Translations under genes and position numbers: made by a program
Shown here: positions 13,537 to 26,010 of the stretch, one piece after another
Position numbering within the stretch: position 1 is the stretch's first letter
Layout: every line of letters begins with the position of its first letter
Assembly: GCA_963582935.1 (NCBI GenBank)
Contig: CAUZSH010000001.1
Coordinates: 9,880 to 73,879, forward strand
Length of the DNA: 64,000 nt
Source of the DNA: Gammaproteobacteria bacterium
GTDB taxonomy: Bacteria; Pseudomonadota; Gammaproteobacteria; Francisellales; Francisellaceae
Direction: 5' to 3'
The notes under the pieces: generated by a model
Databases searched by the model: none
What the model was told of the DNA's origin: nothing
The model's input: the letters and a program-made list of their open reading frames with translations, nothing else

Positions 13537-15198
13537 ATGGAAAATTTTAAAGATCTCTTTGAAGCCTCACTAAAAGAAACAGAAATGCGCCTTGGCAAAG
13601 TCGTTCGTGGTACAGTTGTTGTTATTGACAGCGAATTCGTTTGGGTAGATGCCGCACTAAAATCAGAATCAATCATCCCTATCGACCAATTCAAAAACAG
13701 CAACGGTGAAGTTGATGTTGTGGTTGGCGATCATGTAGATGTGGTTCTTGAGCATATTGATAACAATATGGGTGAAACAAGATTATCTCGTGAAAAAGCA
13801 AAACGTCTAGAAATCTGGACAGCACTTGAGCATTCATGTGATGCTGAAGAAAATATCATTGGACGCATTACCAGCCATGTTCGTGGCGGTTACACTGTTG
13901 ATGTTAAAGGACTTAAAGGATTCTTGCCTGGCTCTCTCGTTGACGTTCGTCCACTTAGAGATATTAGCCACCTTGAAAACAAAGATATTGAATTCCGCAT
14001 TATCAAGCTAGATCCCAAACGTAATAACATCGTTGTTTCTCGTCGTGCTGTTGTTGAAGCAGATACAAAAGAAGAACGCGAAGCATTGCTTGAGAAGCTT
14101 GAAGAAGCTGCAATCGTTAAAGGTATAGTTAAAAACATCACTGACTTTGGTGCATTTATTGACCTTGGCGGCATTGATGGGCTACTTCATATCACGGATA
14201 TGTCATGGAGCCGTATCAAGCATCCAACAGACGTCTTGGAAATCGGTGATGAGCTTGATGTTAAAATCATCAAGTTTGATAAAGAGAAGGGTCGTATTTC
14301 TCTTGGCATCAAACAACTTGGTGACGATCCTTGGAAAAATGTTGCGAATGAACTTCCTGTTGGCACTAAGCTTCCAGGTAAAGTCACAAACATCACAGAC
14401 TATGGTTGCTTTGTTAAACTTCAAGAAGGTATTGAAGGTCTTGTTCATACATCTGAGATGGATTGGGCAAATAAGAACTCAAACCCTCATAAGCTTGTCA
14501 CTTTAGGACAAGAGCTTGAAATCATGGTACTTGAAGTAGACGCTGACAGACATCGCATTTCTTTGGGTATGAAGCAGTGCGTCATTAACCCTTGGCAAGC
14601 CTTCTCAAACACCTACAAAGTGGGTGATAAAGTGAAAGGTGTTATCCGCTCCATTACTGACTTTGGTGTCTTTATCGGACTAGAAGGCAATATTGATGGT
14701 CTTGTGCATATTTCCGATGTCTCATGGACCAAGTCTGGCGAAGAAGCGATTAAAGACTTCAAGAAAGGTGATGATATTGAAGCCATCATGGTTTCTGTTG
14801 ACACTGAAAGAGAGCGTATTGCATTAAGCATTAAACAGCTAAATGATGACCCTTACTCTAAGTACATCGAAGCCAATGAAAAAGGCGCTATTGTTAAAGG
14901 AACCATTACTTCAGTACAACAAAACGGCGCAGTCGTTGAACTTGGCACTGATGTAGAAGGCTTTATCCGTGTTGCTGATATTTCTCGCGAGCATATCGAA
15001 GACGCACGCACTGAGCTTAAAGTTGGACAAGAAATCGAAACTCGCATTGTGAGTTCTGATAAAAAACGTCGCAATATTAGCCTATCTATCCGCGCATTGA
15101 GCGAAGATTTTGAGAAATCAATCAAAGCAAACTACAAAGCTGAACAAGTTTCTCCAACAACGATTGGTGACCTAATCAAAGAAAAAATGAAAAACTAA
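13537..15198 (+). CDS. rpsA: 30S ribosomal protein S1
   Basis: Six tandem S1/OB repeats (for example GTVVVIDSEFVWVD, GIVKNITDFGAFIDLGG, GKVTNITDYGCFVKL). The ATG at 13537 (MENFKDLFE...) is preferred over the upstream non-ATG start of the tracked ORF. Confidence 0.96.
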   Translation: MENFKDLFEASLKETEMRLGKVVRGTVVVIDSEFVWVDAALKSESIIPIDQFKNSNGEVDVVVGDHVDVVLEHIDNNMGETRLSREKAKRLEIWTALEHSCDAEENIIGRITSHVRGGYTVDVKGLKGFLPGSLVDVRPLRDISHLENKDIEFRIIKLDPKRNNIVVSRRAVVEADTKEEREALLEKLEEAAIVKGIVKNITDFGAFIDLGGIDGLLHITDMSWSRIKHPTDVLEIGDELDVKIIKFDKEKGRISLGIKQLGDDPWKNVANELPVGTKLPGKVTNITDYGCFVKLQEGIEGLVHTSEMDWANKNSNPHKLVTLGQELEIMVLEVDADRHRISLGMKQCVINPWQAFSNTYKVGDKVKGVIRSITDFGVFIGLEGNIDGLVHISDVSWTKSGEEAIKDFKKGDDIEAIMVSVDTERERIALSIKQLNDDPYSKYIEANEKGAIVKGTITSVQQNGAVVELGTDVEGFIRVADISREHIEDARTELKVGQEIETRIVSSDKKRRNISLSIRALSEDFEKSIKANYKAEQVSPTTIGDLIKEKMKN

Positions 15199-15234
15199 TT
15201 TCATATTCTCTCTTTGAGTCAAAACACTTCAAAA

Positions 15235-15268
15235 GCGGTGTACGTTAATTAGCGTACACCGCTTTTTT
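15235..15268 (+). terminator. Rho-independent terminator after rpsA
   Basis: Perfect 10-bp stem gcggtgtacg/cgtacaccgc with an 8-nt loop, followed by TTTTTT. Confidence 0.9.
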
Positions 15269-15343
15269 ATTCCTTACATTTTTGTATGCACCGCCCATTC
15301 GTGCTACCATAAAAACAAGAAATTATAATTCAAAAACTTCATT

Positions 15344-16240
15344 ATGAAATACTTCGCAGGCATTGAGGCAGGTGGTACAAAATTTGTATGCTCCATTGGA
15401 GATGATAATGGTACCATTATCAAAAGACATAGCATCCTAACGAATTCCCCAAGTGAAACCATCCCCGCAATTATTGAATTTTTCAAGCCATACCATGACC
15501 AACTCCTATCCTTAGGAATTGGTGCTTTTGGGCCCGTTGATCTAAATAAAACATCTCCAACCTACGGCCACATCACACACACACCCAAAACCCAATGGAA
15601 AAACTTTAACTTTTTGGGTGCCATGAAAGCCGAATTTGATGTTCCTATGGAATTTGATACCGATGTCAATGTTGCCGCCCTTGGTGAACATACGTGGGGT
15701 GAAGCACAAAATCTTGAAAACTTTCTCTATATCACCGTTGGAACAGGCGTTGGCGTTGGTGGCATGATAAATGGGAAACTTATGCACGGACTTACTCACC
15801 CAGAGATGGGACATATACCGCTTAGAAAAAGCCCCTCTGAGCGCCCAGATTTTGAAGGGATTTGCCCATACCATAAAGATTGCTTAGAAGGACTTGCTGC
15901 TGGACCCGCTATCAACACAAGATGGAACGTTGACCACAGCAGCCTACTTAAACCCGAACACATTGCTTGGGATATAGAATCCGATTACCTTGCTCATGCT
16001 GTGGTCAGCTACATCCTAATTTGCTCACCACAAAAAATCATCATGGGTGGTGGTGTAATGAACCAATCACAACTTTTTCCAATGATTCACGATAAGGTCA
16101 AGAAGCTATTAAACGGATATATTAAACATCCCTCAATCATTGATCATATTAACCAGTACATTGTTCCTCCTGGATTGGGAGACAATGCTGGATGCCTCGG
16201 GGCCATTGCTTTAGCACAGCTTGCCTATCAGAAGAGATAA
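15344..16240 (+). CDS. ROK-family sugar kinase (fructokinase-like)
   Basis: 298 aa. N-terminal ATP motif GIEAGGTKFVC, zinc motif ICPYHKDCLEGLAAGPA, and GTGVGVGG. Confidence 0.85.
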   Translation: MKYFAGIEAGGTKFVCSIGDDNGTIIKRHSILTNSPSETIPAIIEFFKPYHDQLLSLGIGAFGPVDLNKTSPTYGHITHTPKTQWKNFNFLGAMKAEFDVPMEFDTDVNVAALGEHTWGEAQNLENFLYITVGTGVGVGGMINGKLMHGLTHPEMGHIPLRKSPSERPDFEGICPYHKDCLEGLAAGPAINTRWNVDHSSLLKPEHIAWDIESDYLAHAVVSYILICSPQKIIMGGGVMNQSQLFPMIHDKVKKLLNGYIKHPSIIDHINQYIVPPGLGDNAGCLGAIALAQLAYQKR

Positions 16241-16255
16241 GCAACTCCTTAAAAG

Positions 16256-17100
16256 CTACTTTACACCAAGCTCACGTAAGCTTTCTTGAAGATAAGCATC
16301 CGCTGTTGGATATTGATCTGATAAAAACACATCTGCTTTCGCATGTAAAAAAACGGGCATTGACATCAGATCACGTTTAGCGGCCTCTCCAGTAGGATTT
16401 AAAACTCTGTGGCTTGTGGAAATATACTCTTTATTAGTCATTTCTTGTAGCATATCCCCAATATTAATCACAATAGCGCCTGAATGACAATCCACATCAT
16501 GCCACTGGCCATCAATCTTAGAAAACACTTGCAAGCCCGGCTCATTTGCTACTGGTAAAATTGTGATAATATTAATATCTTCATGAGCTGCCGCTCGAAT
16601 TGCACCCTCTTCTTGATACTCTGTTAATGGCGGATATTGCATAATTCTCAATAGTGTTCGATCAAAAGAAAGCATCTTAGAAAAATCCTGAGATAACCTC
16701 TCTTTAACCGCTGGATCCATATGTTCTTCTATCCAGTTCATTAATGTTTTGCCAAGCTCAAAGGCTTGCTCAAAATATATTTTAGCTTTATTTGAAACTT
16801 CTTGGGGATAACGTCCCCATGGAAAATAAAGATGGTAAAAATGCTTTAGATCTTTGACAGTTTGCCCTATTGCCATTTCTGAAAGTTCCTTTGGGAAATA
16901 ACCATCTTGCTTTTCTTTACTAAAAAAATATTGTTGTGCTGCATCTGACGCTAAAAATCACGCCACTCTTGATATAAGTCTTGGATAAGTTGATTGTCTA
17001 ATGGATGCGTGTCTAAAACCGCAAATCCTGTTTCCTTTAGGGATTGCGTAAATTTTTCCGAAGCATCCTTTGCAAAAAAATCCACATGCTGAATATTCAT
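16256..17100 (-). pseudogene. 2OG-Fe(II) oxygenase (isopenicillin-N-synthase-like family) interrupted by a 1-nt frameshift
   Basis: The tracked 206-aa ORF carries HEDINIITILP (HxD) and STSHRV (distal His). An N-terminal 49-codon segment (MNIQHVDFFAKDASEKF...QEWRDF) starts at 17100 and stops at TAG. It continues in another frame (LASDAAQQYFFSKEKQDGYFPKELSEMAIGQ...) across a T5 run near 16945-16955. Confidence 0.7.
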
Positions 17101-17174
17101 TATTACCCTATCACCATTGATCTATGATGCACCATTATAATGTATTTATGAGATGAATTATAAAAGTTATTTTG

Positions 17175-17287
17175 AAAATTTAAGCTTATCTTAAGGTTCG
17201 ACTGCTAGCCTTATAAGTGAACATGTCAAACTGACTAAGCGGCGTTATACTTTTCTCCTTTTTTGTATATATGTCGCTTTGTACAGT
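17175..17287. repeat. Intergenic direct repeat, copy 1 (113 bp)
   Basis: It aligns to 17399-17511 without gaps and with 9 mismatches. The 3' two-thirds (gtgaacatgtcaaactgactaagcggcgttatacttttctccttttttgtata...) is identical except for one base. Confidence 0.9.
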
Positions 17288-17398
17288 CTCTTGAATTTCC
17301 CTATTTATTCTCGCAACATTTTCTCAAATAAGTCTTACCGTGGGGCAAGTAGCTTATATCGATTACCCTTCTTTTAATTTTTAATTTCAACTAATTTA

Positions 17399-17511
17399 AA
17401 AATTTAAGTTTACCTTAAGGTTAGGTTGCTAATCTTGTAAGTGAACATGTCAAACTGACTAAGCGGCGTTATACTTTTCTCCTTTTTTGTATACATGTCG
17501 CTTTGTACAGT
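17399..17511. repeat. Intergenic direct repeat, copy 2 (113 bp)
   Basis: Second copy, 224 bp from copy 1. It ends 2 nt from the ligA stop codon. Confidence 0.9.
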
Positions 17512-17513
17512 GT

Positions 17514-19622
<2,109 letters not shown>

Positions 19623-19637
19623 CTATACATAATAACA

Positions 19638-22600
19638 TCACGCAATAGAGCAAGGCTGCTGACGACAGGCTTGCACCAAATCCATCAACCCTCTATGGGC
19701 GATATTAATGGAAACAAACTTAGGTCTGTCTGCCTTCATGTCATCTACCATACCTTCCCAGCGTGTCACCAGTTTTTTATGCTCTTTGATCCAATTAGAT
19801 ATTTTCACATCGGGGTATTTGGACGCAATCGGATGATTCAAAATAGAAGCCGCCATCTCACATTCAAATCGATCCATATCATCCCTTAACGCAGAAGATG
19901 TTAACATCGACCAATAAGACTCGCTCTCAATACTTGCAATATTGCTTCTAAACCAAGAAAGTGATAGCTTTTCATCTAAACGTTTGAACAAACCAATCAT
20001 TTCAATTGGATCCACTTTCGCTTCTTCAGAAACGGTCACAACATCCATCAACTCAAAGGATGCTCTCATGCTCAACACACGAAGCGCAATCTGCTGGTTT
20101 ACACCAGCCTTGATCAAAGCCTTGTACTTATCCGCATAAAGAGGAATGTCGCCATTTTTAATCATTTTTTCAGTATTCCCCAAAAGATCATTCGCTCGTT
20201 TTTTATAGAGGTCAATGATCGTTTGAATATCGACACCTGAACGATGATGACGAAGAATCCAACGACAAATCCGTCGAATAAATCGGAAAATAAAAGACAT
20301 CATTTCATTTAAAATATCCAGCGATACCTTTCCATCATGTGCTTCAACTTTTTTCCACAAATCAAGGATACCAAATAACTCCGCAACGGTCACAAAAGCT
20401 TTCACGATCTCTGAAGCAATCGCACCTGTTTCGTCATATAATCTTTGGACAAAAATAACGCCCATATGCACTGAAATAAAATTACTAATTTGTGTTGCAA
20501 TAATTTCACGTGCCAGCCTGTGATCCCGCATCAGGTCACCATACTTTTCTCGTAAACGCTCTGGAAATTCAAGTTCTAAGTAACGATAGAAATAAGGTTC
20601 GTCCGGAACGGTTGAATCTAATATACGTTCTTTTAATAAGGTCTTATTATATGCCATCAAAACTGAAAACTCAGGGGCGGTTAAACTATCATTTGCTAAA
20701 ACACGTGTCTGAAGTTCTTGATCCGAAGGCAGACATTCCATTTCTCGATCTAATCCTATACGGCGTTCTTGCTCACGCATCAAACGGCAATATGCTTCAA
20801 CGGTTGCTGAATTATCAGAGCTAAGCGCATTACTAATCGTTAAATTTTGATAAAAGTTATTACGAAGCACCAAATCTGCCACATCATCTGTCATTTCTGC
20901 CAACAACTTATTTCGCGCATGAACAGACATATCACCCTGTTCAACAGCGGCATTCAACAGAATTTTAATATTTACTTCATGATCAGAGCAATCAACCCCT
21001 GCTGAATTATCTATTGCATCTGTATTGATTGCACCACCATTTAATGCATATTCAATACGGCCAAACTGAGTAAAGCCTAAATTTCCTCCCTCACCAACAA
21101 CTTTGCATCTGAGATCTCTGCCGTCAACACGCACAGAATCATTGGCTCGATCACCCACATCTAAATCATTTTCAGACTTAGCTTTAACATAGGTGCCAAT
21201 GCCACCATTCCATAATAGACCAACATCTAATGTTAAAAGTAACTTAATCAGTTCATTTGGCTCCAAGTCATTCTCATCTGTTCCTAAAAGCATTTTGAAC
21301 TCTTCACTCAATGGAATACTCTTAGCTGATCGTTCAAATATACCCCCACCTTCTGAAATCAATGAGACATCATAATCTGTCCAAGAAGAACGAGGCATAT
21401 CGAATAACCGTTTTCTTTCTTTATAAGAAGTACTCGCAACTGGGTTCGGGTCAAGGAAAATATGCATATGATTAAATGCAGCAACCAGACGAATATGTTT
21501 TGATAACAGCATGCCATTACCAAACACGTCACCCGCCATATCACCAACCCCAACTACAGTAAAGTCTTCTGATTGGCAGTCAATATTCAACTCTCTAAAG
21601 TGGCGTTTCACCGACTCCCATGCACCTTTGGCTGTGATCCCCATTACTTTATGATCGTAACCATTTGAGCCGCCTGATGCAAAAGCATCACCCAACCAAA
21701 AATCATACTCTTCAGCAACACCATTGGCTATGTCTGAAAAAGTAGCCGTTCCTTTATCTGCCGCAACCACCAAATATGGGTCATCCGCATCATAACAAAC
21801 CACGTCAACTGGTGGTATAATTTCCCCTTGCTTAATATTATCTGTCACATCAAGGAGTGAGCGTATAAACATTTTATAACAAGAAATGGCTTCTTCCATC
21901 ACCGCATCTCGACCTTCATCGATCGGTAATTGTTTCGGCACGAAACCACCTTTAGCGCCCAATGGCACAATAACGGCATTTTTCACTTGCTGCGCCTTCA
22001 CTAACCCCAAAACTTCTGTACGATAATCCTCCCTACGATCTGACCAACGCAACCCACCACGGGCAACTTTAGCGCCCCTTAAATGTACCCCCTCCATACG
22101 AAGAGAATGTACAAATATTTCAAACATTGGTACAGGTTTTGGTACGTCAGAAATCTTCTCTGGTTGAAGTTTAAAGCAAATATATTCCTTACCATTGCCA
22201 TTGGCATCTTTCTGGAAAAAGTTCGTACGAATGGTGGCTTGTATGGTTTCAAGCATTCTTCTCAGAATTTTATCTTGGTCTAAGCTCTCTACATCTTCAA
22301 GCTGTGTGGTAATGGCATCTAAGTAAATGCTTTGCTCATGCCTACGTGCTTTTTCAGAAAAATTTGGGTTGAAGCGACTATAGAATAGATCAACAAGATT
22401 TCGGGTAATTTCAGGATACTCGATAAAAGTGTCTTGAATATAGGTTTGACTAAAACGTAATCCTATTTGTATTAAATAACGTGCATACGCACGTATAACT
22501 GCTACATCTCTCCAGCTTAATACCGCCCTTGTAATTAGGTGGTTAAAGCGGTCATTTTCTTCCACGCCAGACCAAATTCTAGCGAAAGCTTCTTGGAATA

Positions 22601-24515
22601 AAGGTTTCACCCGATCAATATTAAATTTCTCATCCACTGTAAGTAAAAAGTCAGACACCCAAATGTAACCGCCAGATTTTGGGCTAATTCTAGAAGGGTG
22701 TTCTTCAATAACATACATACCCATATTTTCTAGAATAGGTAAAACATTGCTTAACTGAATAGAGGTGTCTTTGAGATATAACTTAAAATGCACCCGATCA
22801 AGCGGCTCTTCAAGCAATCTGAACAGTGACATACTAATTTTTTCTTGCTCAGTACGCACCGCCTCAAAATGAGAGACATCAAAAACAGCCGTATGCGCAA
22901 GATATTGATCCTTATAAGCTAAAGAAAAGCCATCACGATATTCACGGTAAAAACTACGTCCGATGTTCTCTCCATGCTCCTCTATCACATAATCTAAAAA
23001 ATCATCCTCCCATTTTCTACCCGCTTCACGAATTTGGGATTCAATTTCCGCAAGATTAACAATACGAGGTTTGGAGCCAGGTGTGGTATAAACTTCAAAA
23101 TCAATGCGACATAAAACAGATTCAATAAAGTTCGCTTTAAAAGTAACTTCTGTGCCATTAAATGCATGTAAAAGGATTTTTTGAATCTTCATTCTAATAT
23201 CTGAATTATAGCGCTCCCGAGGCATATAGAGCATACAAAAATAATATCTAGAATATGTGTCTTTACGCACAAAAAGCTTCATCACATGACGCTCTTTGAT
23301 ATGTAACACCCCCATTGCGATTTCAAATAACTCATTATCTGTACTTAAAAACAACTCATCACGAGGATAGGTTTGGATGATATTATTCAAGGCTTTATAG
23401 GAATGTCCTTCTTCTCTAAAACCAGAACGATTCAGAACATTCGTGGCTTTCAATCTTAAAAAAGGAATTTGATGTGGGTTAGAGTGATATGCCGCTGAAG
23501 TAAATAATCCTAAAAAACGGCGCTCTCCAATAATATTCCCTTTTTTGTCATAAACAAAAATGCCCACAATATCCATGTAACCATTACGATGCACAGGAGA
23601 CTGATAATCAGATTTTGCAATCGTTAATGATGCAACTTGCCCTGTTGCTGAATCTAATTTCTTGGCATATACATGATAGCCCTTGGATAGGTATTTATCG
23701 CCTAGCTTTAGCAAGCCAATGCCTGAGTTTTTGACAAAATCAAACTGTTTTTTGCCGTGAGACTCCGTTAACTCTAAATCACAACAGCCTAAAAAGATAA
23801 AATGCTTATTGCTAAGCCATTTCAAAAATGAGAGCGCTTCGGTATTTTTGCTGCAATCAGCTTTGCAACTATTTTCAATTTGAGCAACCACATTATCTAG
23901 ATGCGTTTTCATTTTAGGGAAGTCTATCACCACCACTTTTATTTTTTCAAATGCTTCTAAAACTTTCTGTCTGATCTGATCCAATACCTCGTGATCGTCA
24001 ATCTGCCGATCAACTTCTAGGGTAATCAATGATTCTCTCGGCTCATCCGTATTCTGCTTTTCTGCTGGAACATTTCGAGCGCTTTTGAGGGAAACAACCA
24101 CCCCTTTTTCATCTCGGAGAACATAGTGTCCACCAATATGCATCATAAAATGAACATCTATATTTAAATCCGCTAAGCTCATCTGCAGTGTATCCACCAT
24201 AAAGGGGTAATCATCACTCACAATTTCAATCACAGTGTGACGAGAAGTCCATCCATGCTGTTCAAAGCTAGGATTATATACTTTTACTTCTTGCGAATGG
24301 GGCTTTCGCTTATTCATAAAACGCCAAAAAGACAGAATCATTCCATATAAATCAACTAAATTCCTCGATAGCAACTCATCCTCAGAAACCACACTAAAGT
24401 AATCTTGTGACAGAATCATTAAGTTTTCCACATCCTCTTTGGAAAAATTCTTACTGTACCTTACTTTTAATTTTTTTAGTATCTTAGTGACTCTTTCACT
24501 CGTATGTACGCTCAT
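19638..24515 (-). CDS. gdhB: NAD-specific glutamate dehydrogenase, large (about 180 kDa) class
   Basis: 1625 aa. The catalytic core has GGLRWSDR, PLGAKGGFV and GDMAGDVFGNGML, embedded in long flanking helical regions typical of the large bacterial GDH class. Confidence 0.9.
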   Translation of the reverse strand: MSVHTSERVTKILKKLKVRYSKNFSKEDVENLMILSQDYFSVVSEDELLSRNLVDLYGMILSFWRFMNKRKPHSQEVKVYNPSFEQHGWTSRHTVIEIVSDDYPFMVDTLQMSLADLNIDVHFMMHIGGHYVLRDEKGVVVSLKSARNVPAEKQNTDEPRESLITLEVDRQIDDHEVLDQIRQKVLEAFEKIKVVVIDFPKMKTHLDNVVAQIENSCKADCSKNTEALSFLKWLSNKHFIFLGCCDLELTESHGKKQFDFVKNSGIGLLKLGDKYLSKGYHVYAKKLDSATGQVASLTIAKSDYQSPVHRNGYMDIVGIFVYDKKGNIIGERRFLGLFTSAAYHSNPHQIPFLRLKATNVLNRSGFREEGHSYKALNNIIQTYPRDELFLSTDNELFEIAMGVLHIKERHVMKLFVRKDTYSRYYFCMLYMPRERYNSDIRMKIQKILLHAFNGTEVTFKANFIESVLCRIDFEVYTTPGSKPRIVNLAEIESQIREAGRKWEDDFLDYVIEEHGENIGRSFYREYRDGFSLAYKDQYLAHTAVFDVSHFEAVRTEQEKISMSLFRLLEEPLDRVHFKLYLKDTSIQLSNVLPILENMGMYVIEEHPSRISPKSGGYIWVSDFLLTVDEKFNIDRVKPLFQEAFARIWSGVEENDRFNHLITRAVLSWRDVAVIRAYARYLIQIGLRFSQTYIQDTFIEYPEITRNLVDLFYSRFNPNFSEKARRHEQSIYLDAITTQLEDVESLDQDKILRRMLETIQATIRTNFFQKDANGNGKEYICFKLQPEKISDVPKPVPMFEIFVHSLRMEGVHLRGAKVARGGLRWSDRREDYRTEVLGLVKAQQVKNAVIVPLGAKGGFVPKQLPIDEGRDAVMEEAISCYKMFIRSLLDVTDNIKQGEIIPPVDVVCYDADDPYLVVAADKGTATFSDIANGVAEEYDFWLGDAFASGGSNGYDHKVMGITAKGAWESVKRHFRELNIDCQSEDFTVVGVGDMAGDVFGNGMLLSKHIRLVAAFNHMHIFLDPNPVASTSYKERKRLFDMPRSSWTDYDVSLISEGGGIFERSAKSIPLSEEFKMLLGTDENDLEPNELIKLLLTLDVGLLWNGGIGTYVKAKSENDLDVGDRANDSVRVDGRDLRCKVVGEGGNLGFTQFGRIEYALNGGAINTDAIDNSAGVDCSDHEVNIKILLNAAVEQGDMSVHARNKLLAEMTDDVADLVLRNNFYQNLTISNALSSDNSATVEAYCRLMREQERRIGLDREMECLPSDQELQTRVLANDSLTAPEFSVLMAYNKTLLKERILDSTVPDEPYFYRYLELEFPERLREKYGDLMRDHRLAREIIATQISNFISVHMGVIFVQRLYDETGAIASEIVKAFVTVAELFGILDLWKKVEAHDGKVSLDILNEMMSFIFRFIRRICRWILRHHRSGVDIQTIIDLYKKRANDLLGNTEKMIKNGDIPLYADKYKALIKAGVNQQIALRVLSMRASFELMDVVTVSEEAKVDPIEMIGLFKRLDEKLSLSWFRSNIASIESESYWSMLTSSALRDDMDRFECEMAASILNHPIASKYPDVKISNWIKEHKKLVTRWEGMVDDMKADRPKFVSINIAHRGLMDLVQACRQQPCSIA

Positions 24516-24649
24516 TATTCATCCTCTAATCCATGAACATTTTCGACGCTAATAATAACGGTTTACCTTGCTTACGAGCAAGCGTCTTGTTCGTTTATTT
24601 TTTGCTCTTATTTCGCTTAAACCTATACAGTATAGCTCAAAAAGCAACC

Positions 24650-25432
24650 TTATAGAAAACAAGGTCCTAGATCTGCATTGGGTAAGGCATATTTTTCTGG
24701 ATAATCCACGGCAATCAGGTAAAGCCCATCAGGCACTGCCGTTGGACTTGCTTGATTGCGATCCTTTAATGAAAGCAAGGACTTTACCCAGACTGGAGGC
24801 TTTCGTTCAAGCCCTATATCGATCAAAGTCCCGATGATATTCCGCACCATATGATATAAAAAAGCATTCCCTTTTATTTCAAAAACAATAAATTTCCCTT
24901 CCTTGGTAACTCTAGCTCCCATGATATTTCTCATGGGCGTTGTGGATTGACAGTTTGCTGCTCGAAAAGAAGTAAAGTCCCGCTCACCCAAAAGGTACTG
25001 CGCCGCATCATTCATTTGCGTTACATTCAACCTTTGCTTCATCCAAGTAACACGGTTTCTCAAAATACTGGTCGTAACACTTCTGGTGTAAATAACATAA
25101 CGGTAAGTGCGTGATTCTGCCGAAAATCTAGCATGAAAAGTTTCATCCACCTCAACAATCCAGATGATACGAATATCTTCTGGCAAGTTCGCATTTGTCC
25201 CTAATAGCCAGCTTTTTATCGTTCTGGGGCTTGCAGAATCAAAATGAATGATTTGGGACGTGGCGTGCACCCCAGCATCCGTTCTACCGGCACATTGCAC
25301 TTCAACAAGATGATTCGCGACGGTTGAAATTGCCTGTTCGACACAACCTTGTACTGTCTTCACATCCCCTTGTCTTTGCCAACCAGAATAAGGAGTTCCT
25401 AAATACTCTACTTGTGCCGCATATCTTTTCAT
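24650..25432 (-). CDS. truA: tRNA pseudouridine(38-40) synthase
   Basis: 260 aa. YLGTPYSGWQRQ and the catalytic-Asp motif GRTDAGVHA. Confidence 0.95.
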   Translation of the reverse strand: MKRYAAQVEYLGTPYSGWQRQGDVKTVQGCVEQAISTVANHLVEVQCAGRTDAGVHATSQIIHFDSASPRTIKSWLLGTNANLPEDIRIIWIVEVDETFHARFSAESRTYRYVIYTRSVTTSILRNRVTWMKQRLNVTQMNDAAQYLLGERDFTSFRAANCQSTTPMRNIMGARVTKEGKFIVFEIKGNAFLYHMVRNIIGTLIDIGLERKPPVWVKSLLSLKDRNQASPTAVPDGLYLIAVDYPEKYALPNADLGPCFL

Positions 25433-25449
25433 TTTTATCCTAATCTAGT

Positions 25450-25935
25450 TTAATACTGCCTAAAGGATTCTCTTAAAAATAATCGAGGTATGGACAAAGG
25501 CATCGTCACCTCGCCATCATTGTATTGAATCACTTCGTTTTCACTTAAGAAGTCGGCTTTAATATTGAATAAGGTGCCTTTATTTTCGTCTTCCTCTTTC
25601 GTCAATTGAGCCGTAGACAACTTTACTCCTGATTTAATTTCAACTGCCGTTATTAACCCCTTATCATCCAACACCCAAAGCACTCCAACATCCACTAAAA
25701 CTTGTTTTATATTTTGAGAAAATGATACAATTTCCATCTCTTTCAACTTAAATTGGTCATGGTTAACATGGAGATAAAGGGAATGATTTTTTTCTTGCTG
25801 CAATAACAATATATTACCCCCCACATGGTTTTCTTGAATCACAATAGGCGCTTCAATCAATGCTTCAGCGCTTTCACCCAACTTGAACATTTCTGCCTTA
25901 CGCCAATGTGTATATAATTTCTCAGAAATATCCAC
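25450..25935 (-). CDS. Hypothetical protein
   Basis: 161-aa ORF with a GTG start, co-oriented with neighbours and 17 nt upstream of truA. I recognise no motif. Confidence 0.55.
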   Translation of the reverse strand: MDISEKLYTHWRKAEMFKLGESAEALIEAPIVIQENHVGGNILLLQQEKNHSLYLHVNHDQFKLKEMEIVSFSQNIKQVLVDVGVLWVLDDKGLITAVEIKSGVKLSTAQLTKEEDENKGTLFNIKADFLSENEVIQYNDGEVTMPLSIPRLFLRESFRQY

Positions 25936-26010
25936 CCACCATTAAAATAACAAGGGCGACGAGTGCTTCTATTAGTGAAATGCCTTGATGTTTAGGCATA
26001 TAAAAAATAC

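Noticed and set aside
24567-24582. The hairpin cttgct-tacg-agcaag between truA and the GDH gene, considered as a terminator.
   Set aside because: On the transcribed (minus) strand it is not followed by a U run. The stem is only 6 bp, so the evidence is insufficient.
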